Part shown: positions 63,981-64,000 of the stretch, piece after piece
Layout: every line of letters begins with the position of its first letter
Numbering within the stretch: position 1 is the stretch's first letter
Position numbers and translations under genes: made by a program
The notes under the pieces: generated by a model
Database searches by the model: none
What the model was told of the DNA's origin: nothing
What the model saw: only the letters and a program-made list of their open reading frames with translations
Assembly (NCBI GenBank): GCA_973851085.1
Contig: OZ316776.1
Span: forward strand, 186,001-250,000
Origin: Ptychomitrium polyphyllum
Lineage: Eukaryota
Reading direction: 5' to 3'
DNA: 64,000 bases

Positions 63981-64000
63981 CATCATTTTAGGGTTGCAAA

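Overview
Eukaryotic nuclear DNA from a land plant, most likely a moss or other bryophyte. This is inferred from GT-AG spliced genes, a chromodomain-bearing Ty3/gypsy element with a fungal-style gag-pol junction, and GC-rich promoters separated by very AT-rich spacers. Positions ~0.35-7.2 kb hold two decayed, back-to-back Ty3/gypsy pol regions. Nine apparently intact spliced genes follow: CYP704B (-), NFRKB/INO80G (-), a Cand1-like multi-TM protein (+), an exostosin GT47 (-), PTPA (-), Costars/ABRACL (+), STAY-GREEN (+), a small LEA-like protein (+) and Elongin C (-). An intron-containing PAO pseudogene (+) lies ~5.7 kb upstream of SGR. The strongest signals are: (1) the GT47 protein is colinear with the animal EXT1 glucuronyltransferase domain but lacks the GT64 half; (2) a still-readable -1 frameshift slippery site plus pseudoknot at the retrotransposon gag-pol junction; (3) co-location of the chlorophyll-catabolism genes PAO (dead) and SGR next to an ABRE-driven LEA; (4) a repeat-built C-terminal tail on Costars. 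All family assignments come from manual translation and remembered motifs, and no searches were run.
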